Shown piece after piece: positions 43,836-52,891 of a stretch of 64,000 nucleotides of DNA. This stretch comes from Candidatus Saccharimonadales bacterium (lineage in GTDB: Bacteria > Patescibacteriota > Saccharimonadia > Saccharimonadales > 2-12-FULL-41-12). Every line of letters starts with the position of its first letter. Position 1 is the stretch's first letter. The notes below the pieces were generated by a model, which was not told the origin of the DNA, searched no databases, and was given only the letters and a program-made list of their open reading frames with translations. The DNA lies in contig DASUOG010000010.1 of NCBI GenBank assembly GCA_036276755.1, positions 155 to 64,154 on the forward strand. Reading direction: 5' to 3'. The translations under genes and the position numbers were made by a program.

Positions 43836-44408
43836 ATGGACAGAGAGACGCTTAAAGGAACCGCTAAAGGCTTTGAAGCCATTGTGTCGCAGTTTGCCTA
43901 TGAAGACGGCGGTTTCTGTGAATTCCCGTTATCTAAGGCCGTATTGACAGAGTTGGACAGGCTTTCCGAAATGAACTCAGAAGAAAAGCTTGAGCTATTT
44001 AACGACAGAACAGCCGATCTTAGAAGGATGGCCGGCGATATCCGCGATGAGGCTCAAGGAAGAAGGATAGAGCTCCCCGGTCTAGGTACTTATCATTTTG
44101 AATTCCATGGCCGCCGCGAAGCAGGCAAAGAAAGTCAGGATGAGGATATTTCTCTTCGGATATCGCGAGTTTTTGATCCTCCTAAAAATCTCAAATCGTC
44201 CCGAACCTTGGCTATTTTAAAAAGAATAAGCGACCGGGAGGCTCCGCTGATCAAGTCGCCGGGCGGACGACTTAATCTAAGAAGGCGGCAAGGATTGCCT
44301 CAGATCGGAACCTTTGCCGTGCTTTTCGACACTCACGAGACAGTTAAAATCATGCATAAGACTCTAGGGTTGGACAAAGAAGCCCAAGTTCAAAAATCCA
44401 AAAGTTGA
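43836..44408 (+). CDS. hypothetical protein
   Basis: 190-aa ORF. TGaTATACT at 43816-43824 lies 11 nt upstream of the ATG. Confidence 0.5.
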   Translation: MDRETLKGTAKGFEAIVSQFAYEDGGFCEFPLSKAVLTELDRLSEMNSEEKLELFNDRTADLRRMAGDIRDEAQGRRIELPGLGTYHFEFHGRREAGKESQDEDISLRISRVFDPPKNLKSSRTLAILKRISDREAPLIKSPGGRLNLRRRQGLPQIGTFAVLFDTHETVKIMHKTLGLDKEAQVQKSKS

Positions 44409-45050
44409 TTAAACGATAAAGTTGCGGGTTTCGGCAAGGAGTTCCCCGCCGCCAAAGGCGTATTCGCTTAAAATACTGTTAGCTTCCTGAAGCAGCAAAC
44501 TCAGATTAGCTCGCTGGGTTTCGCTGAATCTGGACAGTACGAAATCTTCGCTGGCAATCCTGGCCGGTTTTTTCGGACCGATGCCAACGCGTACCCGGCC
44601 GAAATCTTCCCCGCAATGGTTGATCACGGACTTTATGCCATTATGCCCGGCAGCCTTGCCGCCGGACCTTATGCGGATGGTTCCGAAATCTATATCCAAT
44701 TCATCATGGACAACCAGCACGTTGTCATCTTTTATCCGATAAAAACGTTTGGCTGCCTGCACTGCTTCCCCGCTGTTGTTCATATAGGTCGTAGGCTTGA
44801 TTAAAGTGACTTTGGCCTCGCCCAGCTTATGGTTCGTTAGCAGGCACTTTAGATCTTTCTTAAGTATCCAATCAGGGAAGCCCTGCTTGCCGGCGAAATT
44901 GTCGATGATCTTAAAACCGATGTTATGCCGTGTGTCTTCGTATTTTTTGCCCGGATTGCCCAGGCCGACTATTAACAAAGTCGTTTCCAGGCCGAGTGTA
45001 TAAAACGGTGCGGAAGTTTCTACCGACGGTTTTTTCTGAAACAATGACAT
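44409..45050 (-). CDS. pth: peptidyl-tRNA hydrolase
   Basis: LIVGLGNPGKKYEDTRHNIGF and HNG. Has a ~24-aa N-terminal extension if the tracked start is used. Confidence 0.9.
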   Translation of the reverse strand: MSLFQKKPSVETSAPFYTLGLETTLLIVGLGNPGKKYEDTRHNIGFKIIDNFAGKQGFPDWILKKDLKCLLTNHKLGEAKVTLIKPTTYMNNSGEAVQAAKRFYRIKDDNVLVVHDELDIDFGTIRIRSGGKAAGHNGIKSVINHCGEDFGRVRVGIGPKKPARIASEDFVLSRFSETQRANLSLLLQEANSILSEYAFGGGELLAETRNFIV

Positions 45051-45120
45051 GTGTAGTCAAGTATCACTAACTGTCAGCACTAAATCAAGTGTATCTACTT
45101 GAACGTCCATAAGTTATAGA

Positions 45121-46443
45121 TTACTTGCGGTCAAAAAACCAAAATTTTATGGGTGTACCTAAAAAGCCAAAGGCCCGCCGTAATTCCTTTTCCATAAAAC
45201 GTTTATAGCTCCAGTGTAGGAATTTGGTATCCGCGCCGTAGACCTTGAAGGTCGGGTTCGGGTTGTCCTCTTCCCCTACGATGTAATGCAGTTTCGGCGT
45301 ACGGTTCTTCAATCCTGCCGGCGGATGCTTGGCGCTTATCGCCTGGAGCCATTTGTTAAGCTGTGTCGTCTTGATTTTCGTCTGGCGGTTTTTATCTATA
45401 TCCAATGCCAGCTCGAATATTTTAGACACGTTCCGGCCGGTCACACTGCTGGTGAATATCAACGGCGCCCAAGGCACGAATGCGAAATCATGCGCTATCT
45501 GGGGCGCAAGTAAATCGCGGGTATAGGCGTCCTTGCCTTCGGCGATGTCCCATTTCGAAACCGCCAGGACCAGACCTTTGCCGGCTTCTTTTATCATGCC
45601 GGCGATTTTCTGGTCCAGTTGAACGTTGAGCTCATTGACATCCATGAGCAGGATACATATATCGGCCTCTTCTATGGCGGCTAGACTACGCATAACACTG
45701 AATTGCTCGACACCTCGTTTTATTTTGCCGCTGCGCCGGATACCTGCCGTATCCAATATCTCAATCTGCCGTTTCTCATAACGCACCAGGGACCTGTTTA
45801 TGTCTCTTGTGGTGCCGGCTTTTGAGGCTACTATGGCCTGTTGTTTCTTACCTAACGCGTTAAACAGCGCCGATTTGCCAGCATTGGGACGGCCCAGTAT
45901 AGCCAGTGTTAGACGGTTTTTGGATATTTTGATACTTGCTTTGGGTATGATGTTTACTATGCGGTCTAAAACTTCGGATATACCTTTTGTCTGGGTTACG
46001 CTGATCAATGAAATGTCACTGATGCCGAATTTTTTATAGTATTCCCGCTCCGGGTTTTTTACCCGGTCTGTTTTGTTGACGATAAGCATTACCGGTTTTT
46101 TTGTTTTTAACATGGATTTTGCCAAACGGCGATCATCGTCATTGATCGCCGCGTCGGCTTCGATCATCATAAGTATCACGTCGGCGCTCTCTGAAGCTTC
46201 ATTAATCTGCTCCTGGATGGTCGCTTCGAACTCATCTTCGGGATTCTTGACTCCGGCAGTATCCACCAGCCAGAAGTCTTGTCCCTTGTAGCTAACCTTG
46301 CCGGTCAGACGGTCGCGCGTAGTACCCGGTTCGTTGGCAGTGATTGCCTCGCGTTTTTTTATCGCGGCATTAAAAAAACTGGACTTGCCCACGTTGGCAC
46401 GTCCGACTATCGCTACAATCGGTACCCTAGACTTACGAGTCAT
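45121..46443 (-). CDS. der: ribosome biogenesis GTPase Der (EngA)
   Basis: 440 aa with two GTPase domains (GRANVGKSS.. and GRPNAGKSA..; DTAG twice; NKTD/SKWD) and a KH-like C-terminus. Confidence 0.93.
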   Translation of the reverse strand: MTRKSRVPIVAIVGRANVGKSSFFNAAIKKREAITANEPGTTRDRLTGKVSYKGQDFWLVDTAGVKNPEDEFEATIQEQINEASESADVILMMIEADAAINDDDRRLAKSMLKTKKPVMLIVNKTDRVKNPEREYYKKFGISDISLISVTQTKGISEVLDRIVNIIPKASIKISKNRLTLAILGRPNAGKSALFNALGKKQQAIVASKAGTTRDINRSLVRYEKRQIEILDTAGIRRSGKIKRGVEQFSVMRSLAAIEEADICILLMDVNELNVQLDQKIAGMIKEAGKGLVLAVSKWDIAEGKDAYTRDLLAPQIAHDFAFVPWAPLIFTSSVTGRNVSKIFELALDIDKNRQTKIKTTQLNKWLQAISAKHPPAGLKNRTPKLHYIVGEEDNPNPTFKVYGADTKFLHWSYKRFMEKELRRAFGFLGTPIKFWFFDRK

Positions 46444-46449
46444 GGCAAC

Positions 46450-46614
46450 CTACTTTTCGGCAGAGCCGAAAACTCTGCCGTCATTCTTGAGCCATATTGA
46501 AATTTTCTTTTGCGGTAGTCCATTTACTGTACCGTTTGTACGGCTTAGTCTGTTTCTCAGAGAGAAATTCCAATCTGTATTCAAGCTCGTAAAGTCTAGC
46601 CTCGGTTTGCTCAT
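46450..46614 (-). CDS. candidate 54-aa basic small protein upstream of der
   Basis: I translated it by hand: MSKPRLDFTSLNTDWNFSLRNRLSRTNGTVNGLPQKKISIWLKNDGRVFGSAEK. A minus-strand TATAAT lies 9 nt upstream of the ATG. The stop is 6 nt before the der ATG. It is below the track cutoff. Confidence 0.25.
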   Translation of the reverse strand: MSKPRLDFTSLNTDWNFSLRNRLSRTNGTVNGLPQKKISIWLKNDGRVFGSAEK

Positions 46615-46710
46615 CAAGGACTAATTATAACTTTGTTTAGTATAAATCTGTAAACAAATTAACAGACCCACGTAGACCTTATGTTTATCCTAGAAATTCG
46701 ATAAGGGGGC

Positions 46711-47508
46711 ATGGTGGCTGAAAGTGATATAGAAAAAGGAGGTTCATCGTCTACTCCATTTCCAAAATCGGGACGTTTTCTGACCGCCCCGATACAACGG
46801 TTGGGTGAACGGTTGCCTTTTCCTTCCGGCGGAGTTTCCGCGGACGTCGTTGCCCAGCAAGCAATATTGCGCCAATTTAAGCACCGGTTCGGCGTGGCTG
46901 CTAATATCTTGGAAAGTGATGATACTAAAGAAGCGAACTCTAGAATCAGAAGACTTGCCGGTTCGTTGGTAGAAGGACGGTTAGTGGACGAGAAAACAGT
47001 ATTAGAAACCAGGATGCTTTTGCCGGAATCGGACCTGAGGGATTCTAGTCTAGTTTCTAAAGGTTTGGCTAGAATGACCAGACTTAGACATGTTCTGGCG
47101 GATGAACATGACATTACCCGTGTGATTCCTAATAGTCACCCTATCATGCCCACTCAAGCATCAGACTCGCCGGTTGATCCGTCAGTCGTATGGGGAGCTA
47201 TCAGCTATGAATTTGACGGCCTCGGGCACCAATTCAATTGGCGCCCTACGGGTCCGCAAAAACCAAACCTGGCCATTCTCGCTTTGACGAAGGAACCGTA
47301 TGCCCGTCATATTTTTGGCGGACAGGTGGCCTTTCAGGGAGATTATCTGCAGGATCAAATCATGCTGTTGCATGATGTCGGCGACAAGCCGCATGAAAAC
47401 GTGCTGGTGCCACCGCACCCGGCCGGTACGCTGGCCGTGGCTGCCTCCGGAGCCGACAGTTTAGCCGGATTGAGGGTCCCGGGTGCAGGAATGCAGATGC
47501 CGGGATAA
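46711..47508 (+). CDS. hypothetical protein
   Basis: 265-aa ORF with SD AAGGGGG. The overlapping 151-aa antisense ORF is judged to be a shadow frame. Confidence 0.45.
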   Translation: MVAESDIEKGGSSSTPFPKSGRFLTAPIQRLGERLPFPSGGVSADVVAQQAILRQFKHRFGVAANILESDDTKEANSRIRRLAGSLVEGRLVDEKTVLETRMLLPESDLRDSSLVSKGLARMTRLRHVLADEHDITRVIPNSHPIMPTQASDSPVDPSVVWGAISYEFDGLGHQFNWRPTGPQKPNLAILALTKEPYARHIFGGQVAFQGDYLQDQIMLLHDVGDKPHENVLVPPHPAGTLAVAASGADSLAGLRVPGAGMQMPG

Positions 47509-47535
47509 GCTATTTTGTCAGGTTGCCCCTTTCTG

Positions 47536-48192
47536 CTAAATAATATTAAACTCTCCGAGCAAAAGGTTATCCGGCAGCTGATAACTTCCGAGCCTTATGC
47601 GATGCAGGGATAGTATTTTATAACCTAAGGCGTTGAACGTGCGGCGGATCTGACGGTTCCTTCCTTCTGCTAAAACTACTTGGTAATCATTGTTTGAATA
47701 ATGTTTTACATTAATAAATTTACTCATGCCGTCGCTCAGTTCCACCCCTGTCAAAAGTTGATTTTTGTCCCTCGGACCGAGTTTTTTATTCAAAGCAAGG
47801 ACATAGATTTTCTCTTTTTGGTAACGGGGATGGGTCAGTTTATTTGCAAAAATGCCGTCATTCGTGAGGAGCAGTAGGCCTGATGAATCCTTATCTAGCC
47901 TGCCGATTGGCTTTAACCGCTGATATTTCTTTGGCAACAGATCATAGATTGTCTTATTTCCCTGCCCTTTGCGGCTGCAGACGTAGCCGGGCGGTTTGTT
48001 TAACATGATGGTAACGGTTTCCCGGCTGACGGTCAGTACGCGGCCGTCAAATGTTACTTTATCTTCTTTATCTACTTTATCGCCCGGTTTCGCTATGTCC
48101 CGGTTAATCATAATTTTACCGTCGACGACCAAATTATCCGCAGAGCGGCGTGATAAGCCGGTCGCTAAAGCTACGTATCGGTTGATTCTCAC
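47536..48192 (-). CDS. rRNA pseudouridine synthase (RsuA/RluB family)
   Basis: N-terminal S4 domain (RINRYVALATGLSRRSADNLV..) and the catalytic ..GRLDKDSSGLLLLTNDG.. motif. Confidence 0.85.
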   Translation of the reverse strand: MRINRYVALATGLSRRSADNLVVDGKIMINRDIAKPGDKVDKEDKVTFDGRVLTVSRETVTIMLNKPPGYVCSRKGQGNKTIYDLLPKKYQRLKPIGRLDKDSSGLLLLTNDGIFANKLTHPRYQKEKIYVLALNKKLGPRDKNQLLTGVELSDGMSKFINVKHYSNNDYQVVLAEGRNRQIRRTFNALGYKILSLHRIRLGSYQLPDNLLLGEFNII

Positions 48193-48199
48193 GAATTAA

Positions 48200-49516
48200 T
48201 TATAACGAAATTTTGCTAAGATCGTCCGGGTTATTCTTATTGTCGGTTGAGTTGCCTTGGTCTTCGCCCTGGTTGGCCGCGGCTCCGGTGCCGTTTTCTT
48301 TTGCCTGTTCTTGTGCCAACAAAGCATCGAGGTCCGGCCCTTTGGTCGGGTCATTTATTGGCTTGATTATCTTCTTGCCGGGTGTGCCATCAGAGCTATT
48401 TATCGATGATGGGGCCACCTCCTCGGAATTTTCTGCTGGCTTTTCTTCGGTTACCGTAGTTGCTTGTGGTTTTACTACGGTAGATGGCTGTGAAATGCTT
48501 GAAGCGGATGTTTCAGGAGGCTTATCTTCTTTATCTGCTTCTTTGGTTTGGTCTTGGAGGGACTTTTCTTCTTCGGCAAGGGCTTCGGCTACAGTAGGCC
48601 CGATATCAGGTGTTTCAGCGGAAGTATCGGTAGATTGGGCGTTGTCGCCCGGCTTGGTGGATTCGTCAATATTTTTTGCACCCTGTGCTTCGTCGCCGTC
48701 AGGAAGTGTAACCTCGATTTTCCTAGCCGGTGGCTTAGGCGGCGGTTGGGCGGCATCATCAGGTTGGGCTACCGACGCCTGTGGTGTCGCGGGCTGAGCG
48801 GATACTGTCGGAGGATTTTGGCCGGCATCGGGCGGTGGTGTCACCGCCGAGGGTTGCTGCGGTGCGGTAGCTGGTTGGTTTTGATCGGATGTCGGTGGCG
48901 TGGCTGGTGGTGATGGAGCTGGAACGGGCGCCGGGTCGTTTGCAGCCGCTGGCGGAGCCGGTGAAGGCGCGGACGTCAGAGGCGCTTGTGTTCCTGATGG
49001 CTGTGCAACAGGCGGAGTTTGTTCGGCCGGTTTCTGTTCTACGACCGGTTGTGGTGGCGTCGGGGTGGCTGATTCCGGCGGCGGTGCGTCGGCAGGAGCT
49101 TGATTGCTTTGTGGCTGGTCCTGGGGGCTGGCTGGTGGCGACGTTGGACCGTCGTTAAGCATCTTATGTACCGCCTCTGCTACGTCCTCTAGGGTAACCT
49201 GACTCTTTACCAGATAAAGGTCAGCGCCAAGCTTGTCGGCGCGTTCCTTATCCTCGGCTTGCGACAAGGCCGTCATCATAATTATCTTCGTATCTTTTGT
49301 TTCAGGAGCGTTACGCAGAATATCCAGCATGTCGAAGCCGCTGATTTTCGGCATCATTATATCCGAGATGATCAGGTCGGGTTTTTCTTTTACGGCTATT
49401 GCCAAAGCTTCTTCGCCGTCGGGAGCCGCTACAATCTCATAACCTTCAGCGGTCAACCTGGCGCCGTAAATCTCTCTTAGATTATTGTCGTCTTCAACGA
49501 GTAAGATTTTGGCCAT
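48200..49516 (-). CDS. response regulator with ~300-aa Pro/Ala/Gln/Thr-rich low-complexity C-terminal region
   Basis: Canonical REC domain (ILLVEDDNNL, DLIISDIMMPKISG, K in YLVKS). The remainder has no recognisable output domain. Confidence 0.8.
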   Translation of the reverse strand: MAKILLVEDDNNLREIYGARLTAEGYEIVAAPDGEEALAIAVKEKPDLIISDIMMPKISGFDMLDILRNAPETKDTKIIMMTALSQAEDKERADKLGADLYLVKSQVTLEDVAEAVHKMLNDGPTSPPASPQDQPQSNQAPADAPPPESATPTPPQPVVEQKPAEQTPPVAQPSGTQAPLTSAPSPAPPAAANDPAPVPAPSPPATPPTSDQNQPATAPQQPSAVTPPPDAGQNPPTVSAQPATPQASVAQPDDAAQPPPKPPARKIEVTLPDGDEAQGAKNIDESTKPGDNAQSTDTSAETPDIGPTVAEALAEEEKSLQDQTKEADKEDKPPETSASSISQPSTVVKPQATTVTEEKPAENSEEVAPSSINSSDGTPGKKIIKPINDPTKGPDLDALLAQEQAKENGTGAAANQGEDQGNSTDNKNNPDDLSKISL

Positions 49517-49580
49517 TTTTAAACTTTCTTAATCCATGGTTGTTTTATTCTATTCAACTCTAAAGACAATTGTAACATGT

Positions 49581-51350
49581 TTATGCTTTCGTGGAAGTTC
49601 GCGCGCTGTTTTTAAGTTGCCCGGCCTTGTCCGATGATAAACGGGGAAAGTTTACATAAAAGGTACTGCCTTCTCCCATCTTGCTTTCCGCCCAAATATT
49701 ACCGTTATATAGCTCGACTATCTTCTTGCAAATGAACAAGCCCAAGCCGGTACCGCCGATCGACCTGGTCGCCGAATTGTCCACTCGGTAGAACTTTTGG
49801 AACAAATGAGGCAGATCTTCGTCCGGTATACCGGGGCCGGTGTCGGTTATTTTGATCTGTACTACCTGATCGTTGCCGGTCAGGCCAATTGTAATACGGC
49901 CTTCAGAAGTGTATTTGACCGCATTGTCAAAGACATTGGTGATGACTTCCCTGACCCTGTCCGGGTCTACTAAACAGAAGTACAACGGCTGGATGCTCTT
50001 TAGGCTGCTGCTGGCATCGATGACGCCGGATTCGCTGTCCTGCATGTTGATTACCAGTTCCATCTTGAGACCTTTTTTCTCCGCGCTGAATTTCAGGTCT
50101 TCGCTCAGCTGGGTTATGAATTGACCCACCTCGACGACTTCGGGGTGGCTGGCCAGTCTTCCGTCCTCGGCCTTGGCGCTGGTTAATAAATCCTGGAAGA
50201 GCTTGCCCAAATGCTGGGTGCTCAGGTGTGCTTTAGTCAGATACTCGCGGGCTTTACTGTCTATCTTGCTGACTCGCTCGTTAAGGGCAAGCGCCAGATA
50301 GCCTTCGATGGCGGCTACGGGCGTGCGCATCTCATGGCTGGCGGTGCTGATGAACTCGGCACGTTGTTGCTCTTCTTGTTTTTCTTTACTGACATCGCGG
50401 AACACGGCCACCGCTCCGGAAAGTTTATTGGCTTTGTCTACTATGACCGGAGAGATAGCCAGCGATATGTACATATTATTGTTCTGTCGGTCTATCATAA
50501 GCATGGTTTTACTGAAATGATTGTGTCGTTTCAGCACTTGGCTGAAAGGATGCTCATCGCCCTTTAGCAATTCTTTTGATTTAGGGTCTTTTATGAGTCG
50601 CAGTACAGCTGTGGCGTCGAATCCGAAAGCCTCGTTTTCCGGCCAGGCAGTCAGCTTGGCCGCCGCTGCGTTAATAAGGGTTATCCTGCCGGCGGTATCG
50701 ACCGCGATTATACCGTCGGTAATCGATTGGACCAGGATTTCAAGCTGCTGTTCGTGGCTTTTGATCTGTACGGAAAGCTTTTTGACCCGCTCGGAAGACT
50801 CTGAGATGAACCGGTTGCGCCAGAAAAAATAGCTGAACAGAGCCACCACCATCGCGCCTAAAATTAAAAATAGGCCCACCGGTTTCAGATTCGAAAAATC
50901 GAACTCTATCTCCAGTAGTATGTAAATGAAGCTGACCAGCATGGCTCCCAGCGATATGACAAATCCGTGCATACTCACGATCCAGCCCGTGAGAAACCAG
51001 GTTATTACAAAGACCAATGCGGCCGGCGATTGATTAGTTTCATTGAAGACGTTCATAAACGGCAGGACCATCATCAGCGATCCTACAAATGAAGCCAGCG
51101 CCAAACTGGCCTTTGCTACTACCCAGTAAAAAGTCAGCAGATAGACTAATATACCTACGGACATATATAAGACTGCGTCATTCAACCCATATGTTGTTTC
51201 CAGGTTCAGCTCAGGAAATTTTCTGGAAACTATATATAAAGCTAAAAATGCCAGATTCAGGATTACCCAAACTATCCAATGGAAGCGGTACCATCCCTTC
51301 GAGACATGCTGCATTAGTTCGTCAAGCATTACTAGAAGATTATACTGCAA
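49581..51350 (-). CDS. sensor histidine kinase (multi-TM, PAS, HisKA, HATPase)
   Basis: H-box FISTASHEMRTPVAAIEGYL, N-box NVFDNAVKYT, DTGPGIP and GGTGLGLFICK. The N-terminal half has about 6 TM helices. Confidence 0.85.
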   Translation of the reverse strand: MQYNLLVMLDELMQHVSKGWYRFHWIVWVILNLAFLALYIVSRKFPELNLETTYGLNDAVLYMSVGILVYLLTFYWVVAKASLALASFVGSLMMVLPFMNVFNETNQSPAALVFVITWFLTGWIVSMHGFVISLGAMLVSFIYILLEIEFDFSNLKPVGLFLILGAMVVALFSYFFWRNRFISESSERVKKLSVQIKSHEQQLEILVQSITDGIIAVDTAGRITLINAAAAKLTAWPENEAFGFDATAVLRLIKDPKSKELLKGDEHPFSQVLKRHNHFSKTMLMIDRQNNNMYISLAISPVIVDKANKLSGAVAVFRDVSKEKQEEQQRAEFISTASHEMRTPVAAIEGYLALALNERVSKIDSKAREYLTKAHLSTQHLGKLFQDLLTSAKAEDGRLASHPEVVEVGQFITQLSEDLKFSAEKKGLKMELVINMQDSESGVIDASSSLKSIQPLYFCLVDPDRVREVITNVFDNAVKYTSEGRITIGLTGNDQVVQIKITDTGPGIPDEDLPHLFQKFYRVDNSATRSIGGTGLGLFICKKIVELYNGNIWAESKMGEGSTFYVNFPRLSSDKAGQLKNSARTSTKA

Positions 51351-51474
51351 TGCTTATGCTTGGGCCAATCTGTTATACTAATATTTTACGGTGGATATCG
51401 CGTGATAGTATGTACTGCTTAGGCATAATAACGCTTCGCTCGTGTCTACAAAAAGCCAAGACATTGGCTTTTCG

Positions 51475-51549
51475 GGTCCCATCGTCTAGCGGTTAGGACA
51501 TCAGGTTCTCATCCTGAAAACAGGGGTTCGATTCCCCTTGGGATCACCA
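51475..51549 (+). tRNA. tRNA-Glu (anticodon CUC), CCA encoded
   Basis: Manual cloverleaf. Acceptor GGTCCCA/TGGGATC (one G-U pair). D arm GTCT-AGCGGTTA-GGAC. Anticodon arm TCAGG-TTCTCAT-CCTGA. T arm AGGGG-TTCGATT-CCCCT. Discriminator A plus CCA. Confidence 0.9.
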
Positions 51550-51658
51550 CAAAAAATGCTCGCATAAAGGCGGGCTGTTTTTGTGTTAATACTTCAGTGG
51601 AATCGAACGGGAAGTCCTGTGGACTTCCCAGGCACTTTTGGAGATTCATCGAGAAAAG

Positions 51659-51679
51659 CGATTCCCCTTGGGATCACCA
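51659..51679 (+). repeat. 21-nt perfect direct repeat of the tRNA-Glu 3' end
   Basis: CGATTCCCCTTGGGATCACCA at 51529-51549 (inside the tRNA) and again at 51659-51679. Confidence 0.85.
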
Positions 51680-51685
51680 GAATTT

Positions 51686-52216
51686 TTATATCGGATCACT
51701 CTTGAATTTCGTCAGGTAGCCTATGTAACTAGTCAGCAGATGCATGAGGAACCAAACGATAGCCATCAGAACATACTGCCCTGCCTCAAGCACAACAGCC
51801 AAGGAGCTAAACAACAGCCCGCCGGCTATATAGTCCAGCTGGTCGAACGGAAACCAGCTTTTGCCGGAAACAACATTCACCTGTCTTTTGAAAAAGCTTT
51901 TTACCATATCGCCGAACAGCGCGCCGAAACTCAAAAGAACTCCCAGCCAAATCGTCAGCTGGGCATAATCCAGACCGCCGGCAACTCCGCCTATTTGTGT
52001 CTGCAGGAAGAAAAACCAAGTACCGGCCAGTGTGCCAAATACCAGGCCGCGGATGGTTTTGTGAGGCCCTAATATCGGCTTGCCGCGAAACTTACGGCCG
52101 AAATCTACCGGCGCCTGCCATTCGGACAGCACCGGTAACTTTGCGATTATCACCGGTGTGACATTAGCTATGCCCGCGGGTAGGAAAAACCAAAGCGCAA
52201 AGAATAGATCATCCAT
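51686..52216 (-). CDS. CDP-archaeol synthase (CarS/DUF46)-like CTP:lipid cytidylyltransferase
   Basis: 176 aa. ..FFLPAGIANVTPV.., ..PVDFGRKFRGKPILGPHKTIRGLVFG.., ..FGALFGDMVKSFFKRQ.. and ..FPFDQLDY.. match the blocks I recall from archaeal CarS. Confidence 0.7.
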   Translation of the reverse strand: MDDLFFALWFFLPAGIANVTPVIIAKLPVLSEWQAPVDFGRKFRGKPILGPHKTIRGLVFGTLAGTWFFFLQTQIGGVAGGLDYAQLTIWLGVLLSFGALFGDMVKSFFKRQVNVVSGKSWFPFDQLDYIAGGLLFSSLAVVLEAGQYVLMAIVWFLMHLLTSYIGYLTKFKSDPI

Positions 52217-52218
52217 AT

Positions 52219-52842
52219 TTAAACCTTCTTACTGATAAATGATATGCGTTCAAATATTGATATGACAGCAAATACCGCGACCACCCCGCTGGCCAGCAAG
52301 ACCTGATCTATCAACAACCCGAAGATGATTATTGCGATACGGGTCTCAAACGGCACCAGACCCTCGTGGTATAGACGGTTCAGTTTATGGTGGTCGTCCG
52401 GCCGGTGCTTTATCGCGTAAGCGACCTCGCCTTTGGCCTTTATATAGCTGACGCTTATCGTCGCGCCGCAGGCTATCAGAGGTATAAAGGTCCAGGCATA
52501 ATAGGCTCCTTGTGAAAGATAATAGACGACTCCGCTGTAAATCAATACTTCTTTTACCCTATCGGTGGAAGCATCGATCATCATGCCCCGCGGGCTGGCG
52601 GTTTTCTTATACCTTGCCAGCTCGCCATCCAGCACGTCGAACAGGCCGAAGAATATCAACAGTACGGCAGCGAGATCCAGCTTGCCGTAACCAATAAGCA
52701 CGGCTATCGGCAGATAGGCCGCTACACCGGTCCAGGTTATAGTATCGGGCGATACGCGACCGCCACTGACCTTATCGAGCAGTTTGGCGACTACGGCAAT
52801 CTTAGTTCTTACGAATTTACGCAAGCTGGCAAGCCATGACAT
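52219..52842 (-). CDS. CDP-alcohol phosphatidyltransferase family protein
   Basis: D-G-x2-A-R-x8-G-x3-D-x3-D motif present (DVLDGELARYKKTASPRGMMIDASTDRVKE). Confidence 0.85.
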   Translation of the reverse strand: MSWLASLRKFVRTKIAVVAKLLDKVSGGRVSPDTITWTGVAAYLPIAVLIGYGKLDLAAVLLIFFGLFDVLDGELARYKKTASPRGMMIDASTDRVKEVLIYSGVVYYLSQGAYYAWTFIPLIACGATISVSYIKAKGEVAYAIKHRPDDHHKLNRLYHEGLVPFETRIAIIIFGLLIDQVLLASGVVAVFAVISIFERISFISKKV

Positions 52843-52891
52843 CGAAGTTATTGTAGCATCTGTCTATCAAAAAAATGATAATCTATTAGAC

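Noticed and set aside
51597-51642. Possible minus-strand tRNA or tRNA fragment suggested by GGAATCGAAC (the complement of GTTCGATTCC).
   Set aside because: The flanking bases cannot form a T-stem, and no acceptor or anticodon arms can be drawn. The 9-bp hairpin next to it is not tRNA-like.
52784-52891. Tracked 5' extension of the second CDP-alcohol phosphatidyltransferase.
   Set aside because: The extension overlaps the divergent gene start by 59 nt and precedes a TGATAAT box. A downstream start (GTG 52892 or ATG 53012) is more plausible but remains unresolved.
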